Assembly (NCBI RefSeq): GCF_001194135.2
Contig: NC_068984.1
Location: forward strand, 145,019,842-145,083,841
Source: Octopus bimaculoides
Lineage: Eukaryota
DNA: 64,000 bases
Reading direction: 5' to 3'
Position 1 is the stretch's first letter. Every line of letters begins with the position of its first letter. Shown here in pieces: positions 11,716 to 21,516 of the stretch. The translations under genes were made by a program, and so were the position numbers. The notes under the pieces are model-generated. The model was not told the DNA's origin, did no database searches, and saw nothing but the letters and a program-made list of their open reading frames with translations.

Positions 11716-12317
11716 GCATAAAATAAGAGTCTAGCAAAATAAAAAGAAACAAAACTATTCCAATCAATTTTTTGTTTGTTTCAAGAAATTACCTCCTGGG
11801 GTAAATTGTAATTGCCTGGTGGGTAAATTGTAATTGCCTGGGGTAAATTGTAATTGCCTGAGGGGTAAATTGTAATTACCTGGGGTAAATTGTAATTTTT
11901 TGCTCATCATAAAACGTAAAAGTTTATCTTCTGAAGACATTTCCTTGTTCTTGAAGATATTATCCAAAGTCCAGAAGACGGCATCCCCTGCTTGGTCTCG
12001 GTCCCATCCAGCGCTGTGCTGCAACAGGTGTTTCACTGTAATCCGATTGAGACGATGATCTCCTTTCGATGTGGATTTATAACTGTTCAAAATACCTGCA
12101 ATAAACAAGGGATTAGAATATCTTTTAGCTTTTACTTGTTTCACCCATTAGACTGGTCATGCTGGAGCACCACCTTCAAGGATTTTTAGTTGACAGACTT
12201 GACCCTAGTACTTCTTTAATTTTATGTCTGGTACTTATTCTGTCGGTCTCTTTTTGCTGAACTGCTAAGTCATGGGGACATAAACACACCAACACTGGTT
12301 GTCAAGCAGTGGTGAGG

Positions 12318-12354
<37 letters not shown>

Positions 12355-14989
12355 ACATAATGGGCTTCTTTCAGTTTCCGTCAACCAAATCCACTCACAA
12401 GGCTTCGGCTGACCCAAGGCTATAGTAGAAAACATTTGCCCAAGGTGCCATGCAGTGGGACTGAACCTGGAACCATGTGGCTGGGAAACAAACTTCTTAC
12501 CTCACAGCCTCACCCGTGCCTTTCAAAGGAAATCTATTTTAGAAACTTCACAAGTGCAGGTGTGGCTGTGTGGTAAGAGGTTGGCTTTCCAGCCATGTGG
12601 TTACAGTTTCAATCTCACTGCATGCCACTTTGAGTAAGTGTCTTCCCCTATATAACCTTGGGCCAGTTAAAGCCTTGTGAGTGGATTTGGTAGGCGGGAA
12701 CTGAAGGAAACCTTTCATATATACACGAGGAAGTCAAAAACTATCCACATTTTCCCCATAACATATCTTTATTCTTGTCACACTGCCTTCTGCACATTCA
12801 TGCTTATGGTTGGTGCTATTATTGTCATATGACTGAAGTTTGAGCCTGATCACACCATCTTTCTTTCTGGCTTTACAGTGTAAAGCCTGGCCATTCCACT
12901 AGCAATGGGCACCAAAGAAGAACAAAGAGCAGTGATCCGATTTCTCTGGTAGGAAGAGGTGTCAGGTGCTGAAATTCATTGGAGGCTTTTAGCACAATAC
13001 GGGGACAGTGCACTACCATGTAGAAGTGTGTTGGAGTGGATTGAGAAGTTTAAAAGTGGTCGGACAAGCACGATGCATGAAGAGGAAGCAGGACGCCTGT
13101 CAACCTCCACCACTGACGAGATGATTCAGCAAGCTCCAAGAGATGGTAAATGGTGAACCAGTTCATCCTTACCATCTCTCGGATCACTGCTCTTTGTTCT
13201 TCTTTGGTGCCCATTGCTAGTGGAATGGCCAGGCTTTACACTGTAAAGCCAGAAAGAAAGATGGTGTGATCAGGCTCAAACTTCAGTCACATGACCACAA
13301 TAATACCAACCATAAGCATGCATTTGCAGAAGGCAGTGTGACAATAATAAAGATATGGTATGGCAAAACTGCAGATAATTTTTGACTTCCCCTCGTATGC
13401 ATATATATATATANNNNNNNNNNCGGATCACTGCTCTTTGTTCTTCTTTGGTGCCCATTGCTAGTGGAATGGCCAGGCTTTACACTGTAAAGCCAGAAAG
13501 AAAGATGGTGTGATCAGGCTCAAACTTCAGTCACATGACCACAATAATACCAACCATAAGCATGCATTTGCAGAAGGCAGTGTGACAATAATAAAGATAT
13601 GGTATGGCAAAACTGCAGATAATTTTTGACTTCCCCTCGTATGCATATATATATATATACATACATACGTACATATGAACATAAATACATAGAGATATCA
13701 TCATGATTTAATGTCCCTTTTTCCCATTCTGGCAAGGGTTGGGTAGTTTGACAGGAACCAACAAGCCACAGGGAACTGTGCTGATCCCTAATGTCTGTTT
13801 TAGCATGGTCTTTATGGCTGGATGCCCTTCCTAATGCCAACCACTTTGCAAAGTGGACTGGCACTGACCCTAGTCAGATAAGCATGATTTGTGTGTGTGT
13901 GAGTGTGTGTGTGTGTGTGTGTCTTTGTGTCTGTGTTTGTGCCCCCGTTACTGCTTAACAACTAGTGTTGATGTGTTTACATCCCCATAACTTAGCAGTT
14001 CAGCAAAAGAGACCGATAGGATAAGTGCTAGGCTTACAAAGAATAAGTCCAGGGGTCGATTTCTTTGACTAAAAGTTAAAGGCAGTGCCCCAGCATGACC
14101 ACAGTCAAATGACTGAAACAAGTAAAAAACAAAAGACAAAAGAAAAATATTGTTTTCTACTCTAGGCACAAGGAAGAAATTTTGGGGGAGGTGGGGGCAG
14201 TCCATTAGATTGACCCCAGTACATAACTGGTACTTAATTTATCGACCCCGAAAAGATGATAGCCAAAGTCAACCTCGGTGGAATTTGAACTCAGAATGTA
14301 AAAACAGATGAAATACCGCTAAGTATTTCGCCCGGCTTGCTAACGTTTCTGCCAGTTCCACCACCTTCACAAAAGAAAAATATTTAAAAAAAACAATCAG
14401 TGAGTATTTCACAATTCTGACTTACCTTTTGATCCAAAGACTTTGGCAGATAATTCCAGCTTCTTTTGCTGCCAAAGAACCAGAATGCCAATGGCTGTTA
14501 AAGTTTTACTAATACTTGCTATACGGAACACAGAATCTGGGTGGACCTTTCGGTCGAGGCTTGCCATTCCATAACCTGGAATATTACAAATATTTTTTAA
14601 ATTTCAGAAAACAAAATAGCTCTAAGTTGAAAGTGTTTGATGAAGGACCAAATGGTTCTTCTGTCCTCTAAAAGGGTGCATTTTTAATTTTGCTGAGTAA
14701 TTATAGTTTAATTATTAGCAAGCCCCTAAATCCTGCGACACCATATCTAGCAGGAGGGGGTTAGTCAAGGGTTTTGCCCCGCTACCCCACCAGTTCTCAA
14801 TTAGTGCTGGAAGTGAACCCAGAACATAAAGAGCCAAAACAAACTCCATGAGGGACTTTCTACAATGCTCGACTGACTCTAATGATTCAGCCAATCGGCT
14901 GCTCATAATGCTAATGTGTATGTATATGTATGCGTGTCTGACTTATATGTATGTATGTAGGTTATATGTGTGTATGTTTGTAAGTAACT

Positions 14990-15020
<31 letters not shown>

Positions 15021-15849
15021 TGTAAAATGTTCTCGTGATCTGACCTTGTCTGTAAATCTGTTCTCCCTTATAACTTAGGGCCACAGCAGCCCCTGGGATT
15101 CCTTGTTCTTTCATAAAGTTTACAATAATATCGTCAAACTGCTTCATATAGATCGGTGGTTCTTCAGTTGGTGAGACTGGCAGAGAAGCTGAAAAGAGAA
15201 GACGAAAGGGTTGCAGTTTTACGACAATTGTCAGATCAGCATTCAACAGGGAGCTACCACAATGCTAGGGCAAGTTTGAGGGTGAGGTGAGGGTTATCTA
15301 ACACTGAATATTCTTGGGGTAAGGCCAAGTTACCAAGTAAACTCACCTCTTGCATAATGAGAAGATCTGTCTGGAAAATAATCATGGGTTATCTCATAGC
15401 TTTGAGATATCAATGATGTGATTGTTTATCTTCAGAATGGTGTTGTGGGGTAGGTGTGAGAGGCCAGATCTGGCTGGTTTGAACACAAAATGGACAGAAT
15501 ATTTGGGTTGATATGGTTGGTTTGAATGTTAAAGGGTTAATACATTAAACAGATTTTTTTATTCTTCTGAATGCATTATGCCGTGCTTGAGAAGAAAACC
15601 CATCAAGCTGAGCAAAATCGCAGTTGTGGCAGATACCAGCGTCACACAAATGGCACCCGTGCCGGTGGCATCTAAAAACACCCTGGTCTCATGCAAATGG
15701 TTGGTGTTAGGAAGGACATCCAGTAGTAGAAAAACCATGCTGAATCAGACTGGAGCCTGGTCCAGCCTTCCAGTGTGCCAGCCTGATCAAACCGTCCAAC
15801 CCATGCCAGCATGAAGGACGTTAAATGATGATGATGATGATGGTGGTGG

Positions 15850-15922
<73 letters not shown>

Positions 15923-15996
15923 TATTCACTGCTGAAATTGGGATGTACCTTATGTGGTTGTTTTTTCTTACCTTGGTTTAAATTTTCAGATGCCAT
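7842..15996 (-). CDS. Spliced gene: serine beta-lactamase/D-Ala peptidase-fold hydrolase with five C-terminal BTRD1-like repeats (predicted 673 aa)
   Basis: Exons 15996-15972, 15370-15347, 15188-15045, 14575-14426, 12095-11880, 10864-10695 and 9134-7842 join in frame (2022 nt), each intron GT..AG. Motifs: FRIASISK (SxxK), LLQHSAG, PGKRHSYSNLGY (YxN), GGWVANASD, YGFG, GHTG. Confidence 0.88.
9920..10140 (+). mobile_element. Family A SINE, intronic
   Basis: gagctggtagaatccttagcacaccggg..gagttcaaatgctgccgtgg..ctttcatc. Confidence 0.7.
10380..10575 (-). mobile_element. Family A SINE, intronic
   Basis: Reverse complement of the family A body (gtaactggtacttaatttatcgaccc..ggcaaagtcgacctc..gaatttgaactcag). 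Confidence 0.8.
10695..10864 (-). CDS. Coding exon with YSN motif (10842-10850)
   Basis: Acceptor tttacag|GT AAA CGG and donor GAG|gtatgt. 170 nt, phase 1 to 0. Confidence 0.92.
11290..11712 (+). mobile_element. Family C SINE-like repeat (gtgccggtggcacgtaaaaagcacc subrepeats..ttaggaagggcatccagc..catgccagcatggaaa..(GAT)n tail)
   Basis: The same element recurs at ~13720-13860 (-), 15590-15830 (+), 27965-28300 (-), 29940-30370 (-), 41340-41470 (-), 54120-54340 (-) and 54800-55030 (-). Confidence 0.8.
11795..11898. repeat. Five-unit 20/22-bp tandem repeat overlapping an exon 3' end and splice donor
   Basis: Units cctggggtaaattgtaattg alternate 20, 22, 20, 22 and 20 bp. Confidence 0.95.
11880..12095 (-). 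CDS. Coding exon with ITVKHLLQHSAGWDRD
   Basis: Acceptor attgcag|GT ATT and donor CCA G|gtaatt. 216 nt, phase 1 to 1. Confidence 0.9.
12135..12520 (-). mobile_element. Family B tRNA-type SINE, intronic
   Basis: Reverse complement of the 57699-58102 consensus. Further copies at ~12555-12720, 13900-14130, 26370-26568, 26805-27220, 27295-27425, 33880-34110, 43135-43340, 44767-45010 and 47545-47765. Confidence 0.8.
12724..13395 (+). mobile_element. Non-autonomous mariner derivative with ~230-bp inverted arms, both from the element left end
   Basis: TA-flanked termini cacgaggaagtcaaaaa / tttttgacttcccctcg. Transposase N-terminus MGTKEEQRAVIRFLW*EEVSGAEIHWRLLAQYGDSALPCRSVLEWIEKFKSGRTS. Confidence 0.85.
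14155..14370 (-). mobile_element. Family A SINE, intronic
   Basis: Reverse-complement family A body and head. Others at ~16790-16965 (-) and 46708-46880 (+). Confidence 0.8.
14426..14575 (-). CDS. Coding exon with the catalytic SISK motif (14505-14516); missed by the ORF track
   Basis: Acceptor attccag|GT TAT GGA, translation YGMASLDRKVHPDSVFRIASISKTLTAIGILVLWQQKKLELSAKVFGSK, donor AAA G|gtaagt. 150 nt. Confidence 0.93.
15045..15188 (-). CDS. Coding exon (..MKQFDDIIVNFMKEQGIPGAAVALSYKGEQIYRQG)
   Basis: Strong pyrimidine acceptor ctttcgtcttctcttttcag and donor CAA G|gtcaga. IPGAAVA is the typical N-terminal strand of this fold. Confidence 0.85.
15347..15370 (-). CDS. Putative 24-nt coding microexon (DRSSHYAR)
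   Basis: Acceptor tattttccag, consensus donor AG|gtgagt, phase 1 to 1, no stop. Confidence 0.5.
15972..15996 (-). CDS. Putative first coding exon (MASENLNQ)
   Basis: ATG at 15996 followed after 25 nt by the consensus donor AG|gtaaga in phase 1, compatible with the downstream exons. Confidence 0.6.
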
Positions 15997-16242
15997 TTAA
16001 AGATCTTCATTTAATTTCCTCAAAAATTTATTTCAGATTGGTGGAGTGGATGGACAAAAAAAAATGTTTTGTTGTATTTAGTTATGTCATTTTACATTCA
16101 GAGTTCAAATCCTGCTAAAGACCATATTGCCCTTTTAATCTTCCAGGTGGAGGGGAGGGGTTAATTAGCTAAACTCTCTCTCTTTCAAAACAGGCGCTCT
16201 GGTGCCAATGTTAGAAATAAACATGTCTATCTGTCTATCTGC

Positions 16243-16280
<38 letters not shown>

Positions 16281-17721
16281 CCAAGTCAGTTTATTAACTG
16301 ACATGTGAAGAGTCTCAAGGAGGAACTCCTGGTATTTCGTTTTCCTAGTCCTAACATCCTTGGGCAGCAGTGACCCCTTCCTCTGGCCTTACAGATTTGT
16401 CCCACTTCCTGAAGGTGTTGGCTTATACCAGAAACCCAAAACAAAGAACTTGAAGCTTCAGGAATGTTTCCTTTGATCAAAGAGAGAAAGGTGAGATCCA
16501 TTCCTGAAAATGGTAACGGCAACATGTAAAAGGCACCGGAGCCAGTGGCACATGAATGGCACCCAGCATACTCTGTGGAGTGGTTGGCATTGAGAAGGGT
16601 ATCCAGCCATAGAAACCAAGCCAAAACTGACTAGCGCCTGGTGCTGTGGCTTTCTGGCTTACCGCTTCCACTCAGTCTTTCCCATGCCAGCATGGAAAAC
16701 AGGCGCTATGTGATGAAGATGCCCTTTGGTAAAAATTGTTTCTAACTCTTTCTAATCTTGACACAATGCCAGCAATCTTCAGGGGTGGGCAAACCGATTA
16801 CATTGACCTCAGTATTTCGTTGGTATTTATTTTATCGATCTTAAAAGATTGAAAGGCAAAGTCGACCTCAGCGTAATTTGAACTCAGAACGTAAAGCGTT
16901 AGGAAGAAATCTCACTAAGCGTTTTGTCCCACTTAGATTACGATTCTGCCGGTTCGTCGCCTTACCGTGGTGAACCTTTAGATGCTGTTGACAACGAAAG
17001 ATCTATAGAAATGTATACCATGGCGAGAGGAATGGTTTGATGTTTAATATGTAACGAATGAGTGTTTTGTAGGTTTACAGGACTGGATCTCACAGCTTAG
17101 AGGGGACAAGGCCCAACCCAGAAGAAGTTACACACACATATTGTTTAACCACAGGTCATCCCCGAATGGAGATGACCCCTTGATCAATGGTATTTTAGCT
17201 ATAGATGCCTGATCTTTTATTCGGACAGAATGCATTTTGAACTACAACCATTACACAATGAGATATTCTATTCGAACACGATAGAGTATAATTTAAGGGT
17301 AAATTTGACTGCTATTTCTAACAGGTGGAGTGACTCTCTCACCCCACGTACAGCCTCAGTTGACTCTGCAGTTCCGAAGACTCGTAATACAAGAGAGACA
17401 AAGTAATCAGGAAATGCATGTCAAATTATGGACAAGTCCAGGGAAACTTTATCGCCAATCATTAATAGACAGGTCATCATATGCCGGTGAAGTTAAGCAG
17501 GCCGAAACTTCGAAGTCACTGTCAACACTATTCTTGTTAAAGAATAATAAATATTTATCCTACAAAAAGCATCGAGTAATCTTAGTTTAATGTAAAATTG
17601 TTTTTATTTTAACTTGACATAAAAACAATATATATACATATATGGTGTGTGTGTGTGTGTGTGTGTATGTGTGTGAGAGAGAGGTACTAACCCCTAAAAA
17701 AAAGGTCCAATTTAATCTTAC

Positions 17722-18000
17722 CCCCTCCAAATTACGGGAACCTGCTTTGTGTTCACGAGATCGTAAAATTCCGCGCCTTTGGATATTACACGATACAATA
17801 AAAAGGATATAACATTGTTATATATATACATAGATTTATATACACAAATATACATGTGTGAAATAGGGACCAGCGAAAATCGGTGGGAAAAGTTAAATTT
17901 GTCAAGAAAGTTGTTTTCAAGAGGAAACTCAAAATCTTTTGTTGACAAACAACGGTCGGATGATAGGGAAGGCAGAGTTATATCCCTTGTCACTTAAAGG
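17722..18000 (-). promoter_or_regulatory. Candidate 5' UTR exon (donor at 17721) and promoter region of the hydrolase gene
   Basis: Minus-strand donor GG|gtaaga at 17722/17721. The region is non-repetitive and relatively CpG-retaining, with no compatible coding frame. Confidence 0.35.
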
Positions 18001-18094
18001 TACGTGGCTTGGTGGTTAAGGTATTCCATTCACGATTGTAACATTGTGTGTTNNNNNNNNNNTTTATTTAATTCATTATTGTTGTTGTTGTTAC

Positions 18095-18170
<76 letters not shown>

Positions 18171-18173
18171 TAT

Positions 18174-18319
18174 ATATCACGCTGAGAGCACCGGTTCTCG
18201 TCCGATCACCGAAGTTTAGCAACGTCGAGCCTAGTGAGTACTTAGATGGGTGACCGCTTGGGAAACCNNNNNNNNNNTTAGATGGGTGACCCCTTGGGAT
18301 ACTTAGGTGTTGTAAGCAT
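18174..18319 (+). rRNA. 5S rRNA-derived copy (probably pseudogene; 5' ~10 nt missing, split by a 10-N gap)
   Basis: atatcacgctgagagcaccggttctcgtccgatcaccgaagtttagcaacgtcgagcctagtgagtacttagatgggtgaccgcttgggaa..taggtgttgtaagca, then a T-run at 18326. Confidence 0.9.
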
Positions 18320-18335
18320 CTCACATTTTTTATAG

Positions 18336-18710
18336 ACGCAGGAGTGGCTGTGTGGTTCCGGGTTCCGGGTTCAGTCCCACTGCGTGGCACCTTGGGCAAG
18401 TGTCTTCTACTATAGCTGACCAAAGCCTTGTGAGTGGATTTGGCAGACGGAAACTGAAAGAAGCCTGTCATGTATATATATGTATGTGTGTGTGTGTGTG
18501 TGTGTGTATGTATTTGTGTGTGTTTGTACCCCACCATCGTTTGACAGCCGATGTTGGTGTGTTTACGTCCCAGTAACCAAGCGATTTGGCAAGAGAGACC
18601 GATAGAATAAGTACTAGGGTTACAAAGAATAAGACCTGGGGTTGATTTGTTCAACTAAAGGCAGTGCTCCAGCATGGCCGCAGTCAACTGACTGAAACAA
18701 GTAAAAGATT
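18336..18710 (+). mobile_element. Family B SINE with internal head deletion, directly after the 5S copy
   Basis: Matches 57699-58102 but lacks the segment between gtgtgg and ttccggg. Confidence 0.85.
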
Positions 18711-19430
18711 AAAATTGGAAGATGGATAAAAAAGAACCTAATAAAAGTGTATCTTTTATCTTTCATTTGTTTCAATCAGTGGAGCGTGGCCATGCTGGGG
18801 CACCAGCTTCAACGGTTTTCGTCGAGCAAAACAACCCCAGAACTTAGTGCTTTTTCTTTTTTTTTTAAAATGGTAGTTTAAAAAAATTTTTTTTACCTGA
18901 TCCAAATTGCCATACAATGGTATCGAACCCAAAAACCCCATTACTGCAAAACGAGCTTCTTGATAAGACATAATATAGAAGACTAATTATATAATATACA
19001 GGAGGAGTTGGTCATGGCTGGCACGCTATTCGATCTTAGGTCTGCTCGGTCATAGAAGACAAAAACGGCGACGATAACTCAACTTCGCTCTTATCAATTT
19101 TCTCTCCATATTTTGGCTTCAACAACAGATACTTTCATAGTTATCTCCCTTTGGCCATTCAAATCCTTTCAACATTTATTGTAACTTTTCCGCCCTCTTT
19201 TTAAAGCCATGAACTAAATAAACAAATTTAGGGAGCCGGCCCGCTATCAGCTTGAGTCGAGTAGCTGTCGTGATCTCAGGTGTTCTTTGGCCCACCACTA
19301 CCAATTTCCTCCACAAAATTGGAATAACATGCCATTCAGGTGTGCAACCCGTTACTCACCACCCATCGTCTGTCCCATTTTTTCTTGTTTTCTTACAATT
19401 AAATTGAGATTCTTTATGTGAATAAAACTA

Positions 19431-19597
19431 CCGTAGTTTAACGTGTATAAGGGACCTCCTAATTTTTGAGGCTTAAAATTTGGAAAAAATAGTTTTGTAA
19501 GGGATTATAATATTACCTATCCATGTATAAAAAAACTTCCATTTTTTTAAACCTAATTTTTGACAAAATTGGCTTCCTTATACACGTTAAAATACGT
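19431..19597. mobile_element. Short pogo/Tigger-like MITE
   Basis: 19-bp inverted termini cgtagtttaacgtgtataa / ttatacacgttaaaatacg (one mismatch), with TA on the left. Confidence 0.65.
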
Positions 19598-19989
19598 GTT
19601 TGAATATAGCTAGCACAGCCTTCACAAGTCATTCATCTACACCTAATTTCGTTTGATTACAAAGCATGGCACTTTATCAAAGACCCTCTCCATGACAACG
19701 AATACCAGCTGTAGTGGTTAACTTTTAGCCAATTATTTCTCCTCACAGAGACGATTGCATGTTTGGTACCTCTTCTCGACACCAACGCTCACAGATTGTT
19801 TGCCAACATAACATGGCAGTCTTGGTTTAGGACGAATGTTGCTGTAATTTAGCCCCAGGAGACATCGTCTCCTGCTGGCTATACGACACGATCTGTGTCC
19901 TTATATTTTCGAACAACTAAATGTTTCTTCTTTGAAAACATTCAAATGGCCTTCAACTTTTTCTCTTCTTTGTCATTTTTTTTTGTTAC

Positions 19990-20415
19990 TGCTTGCTGTT
20001 CCATGTGAAATAGATGGATACTTCAGCATCAAGTAATGTTTTTGCAAAGTTATCATCGATGCACGATGAAAGGAATTCTGTCAATGTTGTTCTCGTATGT
20101 CGTTCATTGACATATGACATATATATCCTCATAGTTTCTGAGCAATATTTTTTGTTCATCTGGGAGGTGAATTTGGGAGCCTCACTATTGCAGATGTTCT
20201 TTCATGAACTGAAAATCCCCAAATGGATGCAACTACTTTGGACAGTCCAATATACAGTCCAAGCATGTACTTGATGACGGACTTAATTGACCTCACGGAG
20301 GCAATGATTTCAACATTGCAGTGGCATTTAAATGCTCTTAAAAGAGTTTCATTATAAGGTACAACCCATTTGTTGTTTGTTTTTTCACTCTTATGAGAGT
20401 CAACTCCTCCCATTG
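19990..20415 (-). mobile_element. Helitron Rep-domain remnant
   Basis: NKWVVPYNETLLRAFKCHCNVEIIASVRSIKSVIKY..IWGFSVHERTSAIVRLP, then RTTLTEFL..DNFAKTLL..EVSIYFTWN in shifted frames. Confidence 0.85.
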
Positions 20416-21092
20416 TAAATGATCTTCATCTATAAAGAGATAGTCTCTCTCTGTGTGTTTTTCTGCCTTTCCATTAAAATGATGAAGATTAATATTACAT
20501 TTTAAATAAAATAGTAATTCTCCCCTTTAAGAAAAAAAAAATCAAGTACCTGTGATTCAAAAGTATCTCATAAAAGTATAGGGAGAATTTCTATCGTTCA
20601 AGTCTATGGTACTCACACANNNNNNNNNNNNNNNNNNNNNNNNNNNNNNNNNNNNNNNNNNNNNNNNNNNNNNNNNNNNNNNNNNNNNNNNNNNNNNNNN
20701 NNNNNNNNNNNNNNNNNNNNNNNNNNNNNNNNNNNNNNNNNNNNNNNNNNNNNNNNNNNNNNNNNNNNNNNNNNNNNNNNNNNNNNNNNNNNNNNNNNNN
20801 NNNNNNNNNNNNNNNNNNNNNNNNNNNNNNNNNNNNNNNNNNNNNNNNNNNNNNNNNNNNNNNNNNNNNNNNNNNNNNNNNNNNNNNNNNNNNNNNNNNN
20901 NNNNNNNNNNNNNNNNNNNNNNNNNNNNNNNNNNNNNNNNNNNNNNNNNNNNNNNNNNNNNNNNNNNNNNNNNNNNNNNNNNNNNNNNNNNNNNNNNNNN
21001 NNNNNNNNNNNNNNNNNNNNNNNNNNNNNNNNNNNNNNNNNNNNNNNNNNNNNNNNNNNNNNNNNNNNNNNNNNNNNNNNNNNNNNNNNNNN

Positions 21093-21139
<47 letters not shown>

Positions 21140-21485
21140 TAGATAGATATATATATCTTAGCATGTGTGTATGTGTGTAGTTAAGCCCAAGGTTATAAAC
21201 ATTTGCCAAACTGCGGTGCAGAGAGTTCAAACTCTGAGCCATGTGGTTGTGAATCCAACTTGTTTACAGCCTGGCAGAGATGTCTGGATTGACAATAATC
21301 TATTGATTAGTTGTAAACAGAGACAAGGTCAAGTATGTGAGGAGGAAAGTGAGGGAGGATTGAACCGATGTACCCTGCCATTATGTGACTGCTACTTACT
21401 TGATTGGAAATAATAAAGAAAAATAGAGAAAAATGGAAAAAAATATATATAGTGCAAATAAACAGACATACAGCCAACTAAAAAG

Positions 21486-21516
<31 letters not shown>

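Noticed and set aside
13424-13642. Second copy of the mariner right arm
   Set aside because: Identical to the sequence just before a 10-N gap, so most likely an unmerged contig overlap rather than a real duplication.
15016-15246. ORF-track start MNADL.. for the hydrolase
   Set aside because: The start codon is TTG and the region upstream of 15188 is a pyrimidine-rich acceptor, so it is intronic.
7842-15996. Bacterial contamination as the explanation for the beta-lactamase-like gene
   Set aside because: The coding sequence is split by six GT-AG introns, the larger ones filled with host SINEs and microsatellites.
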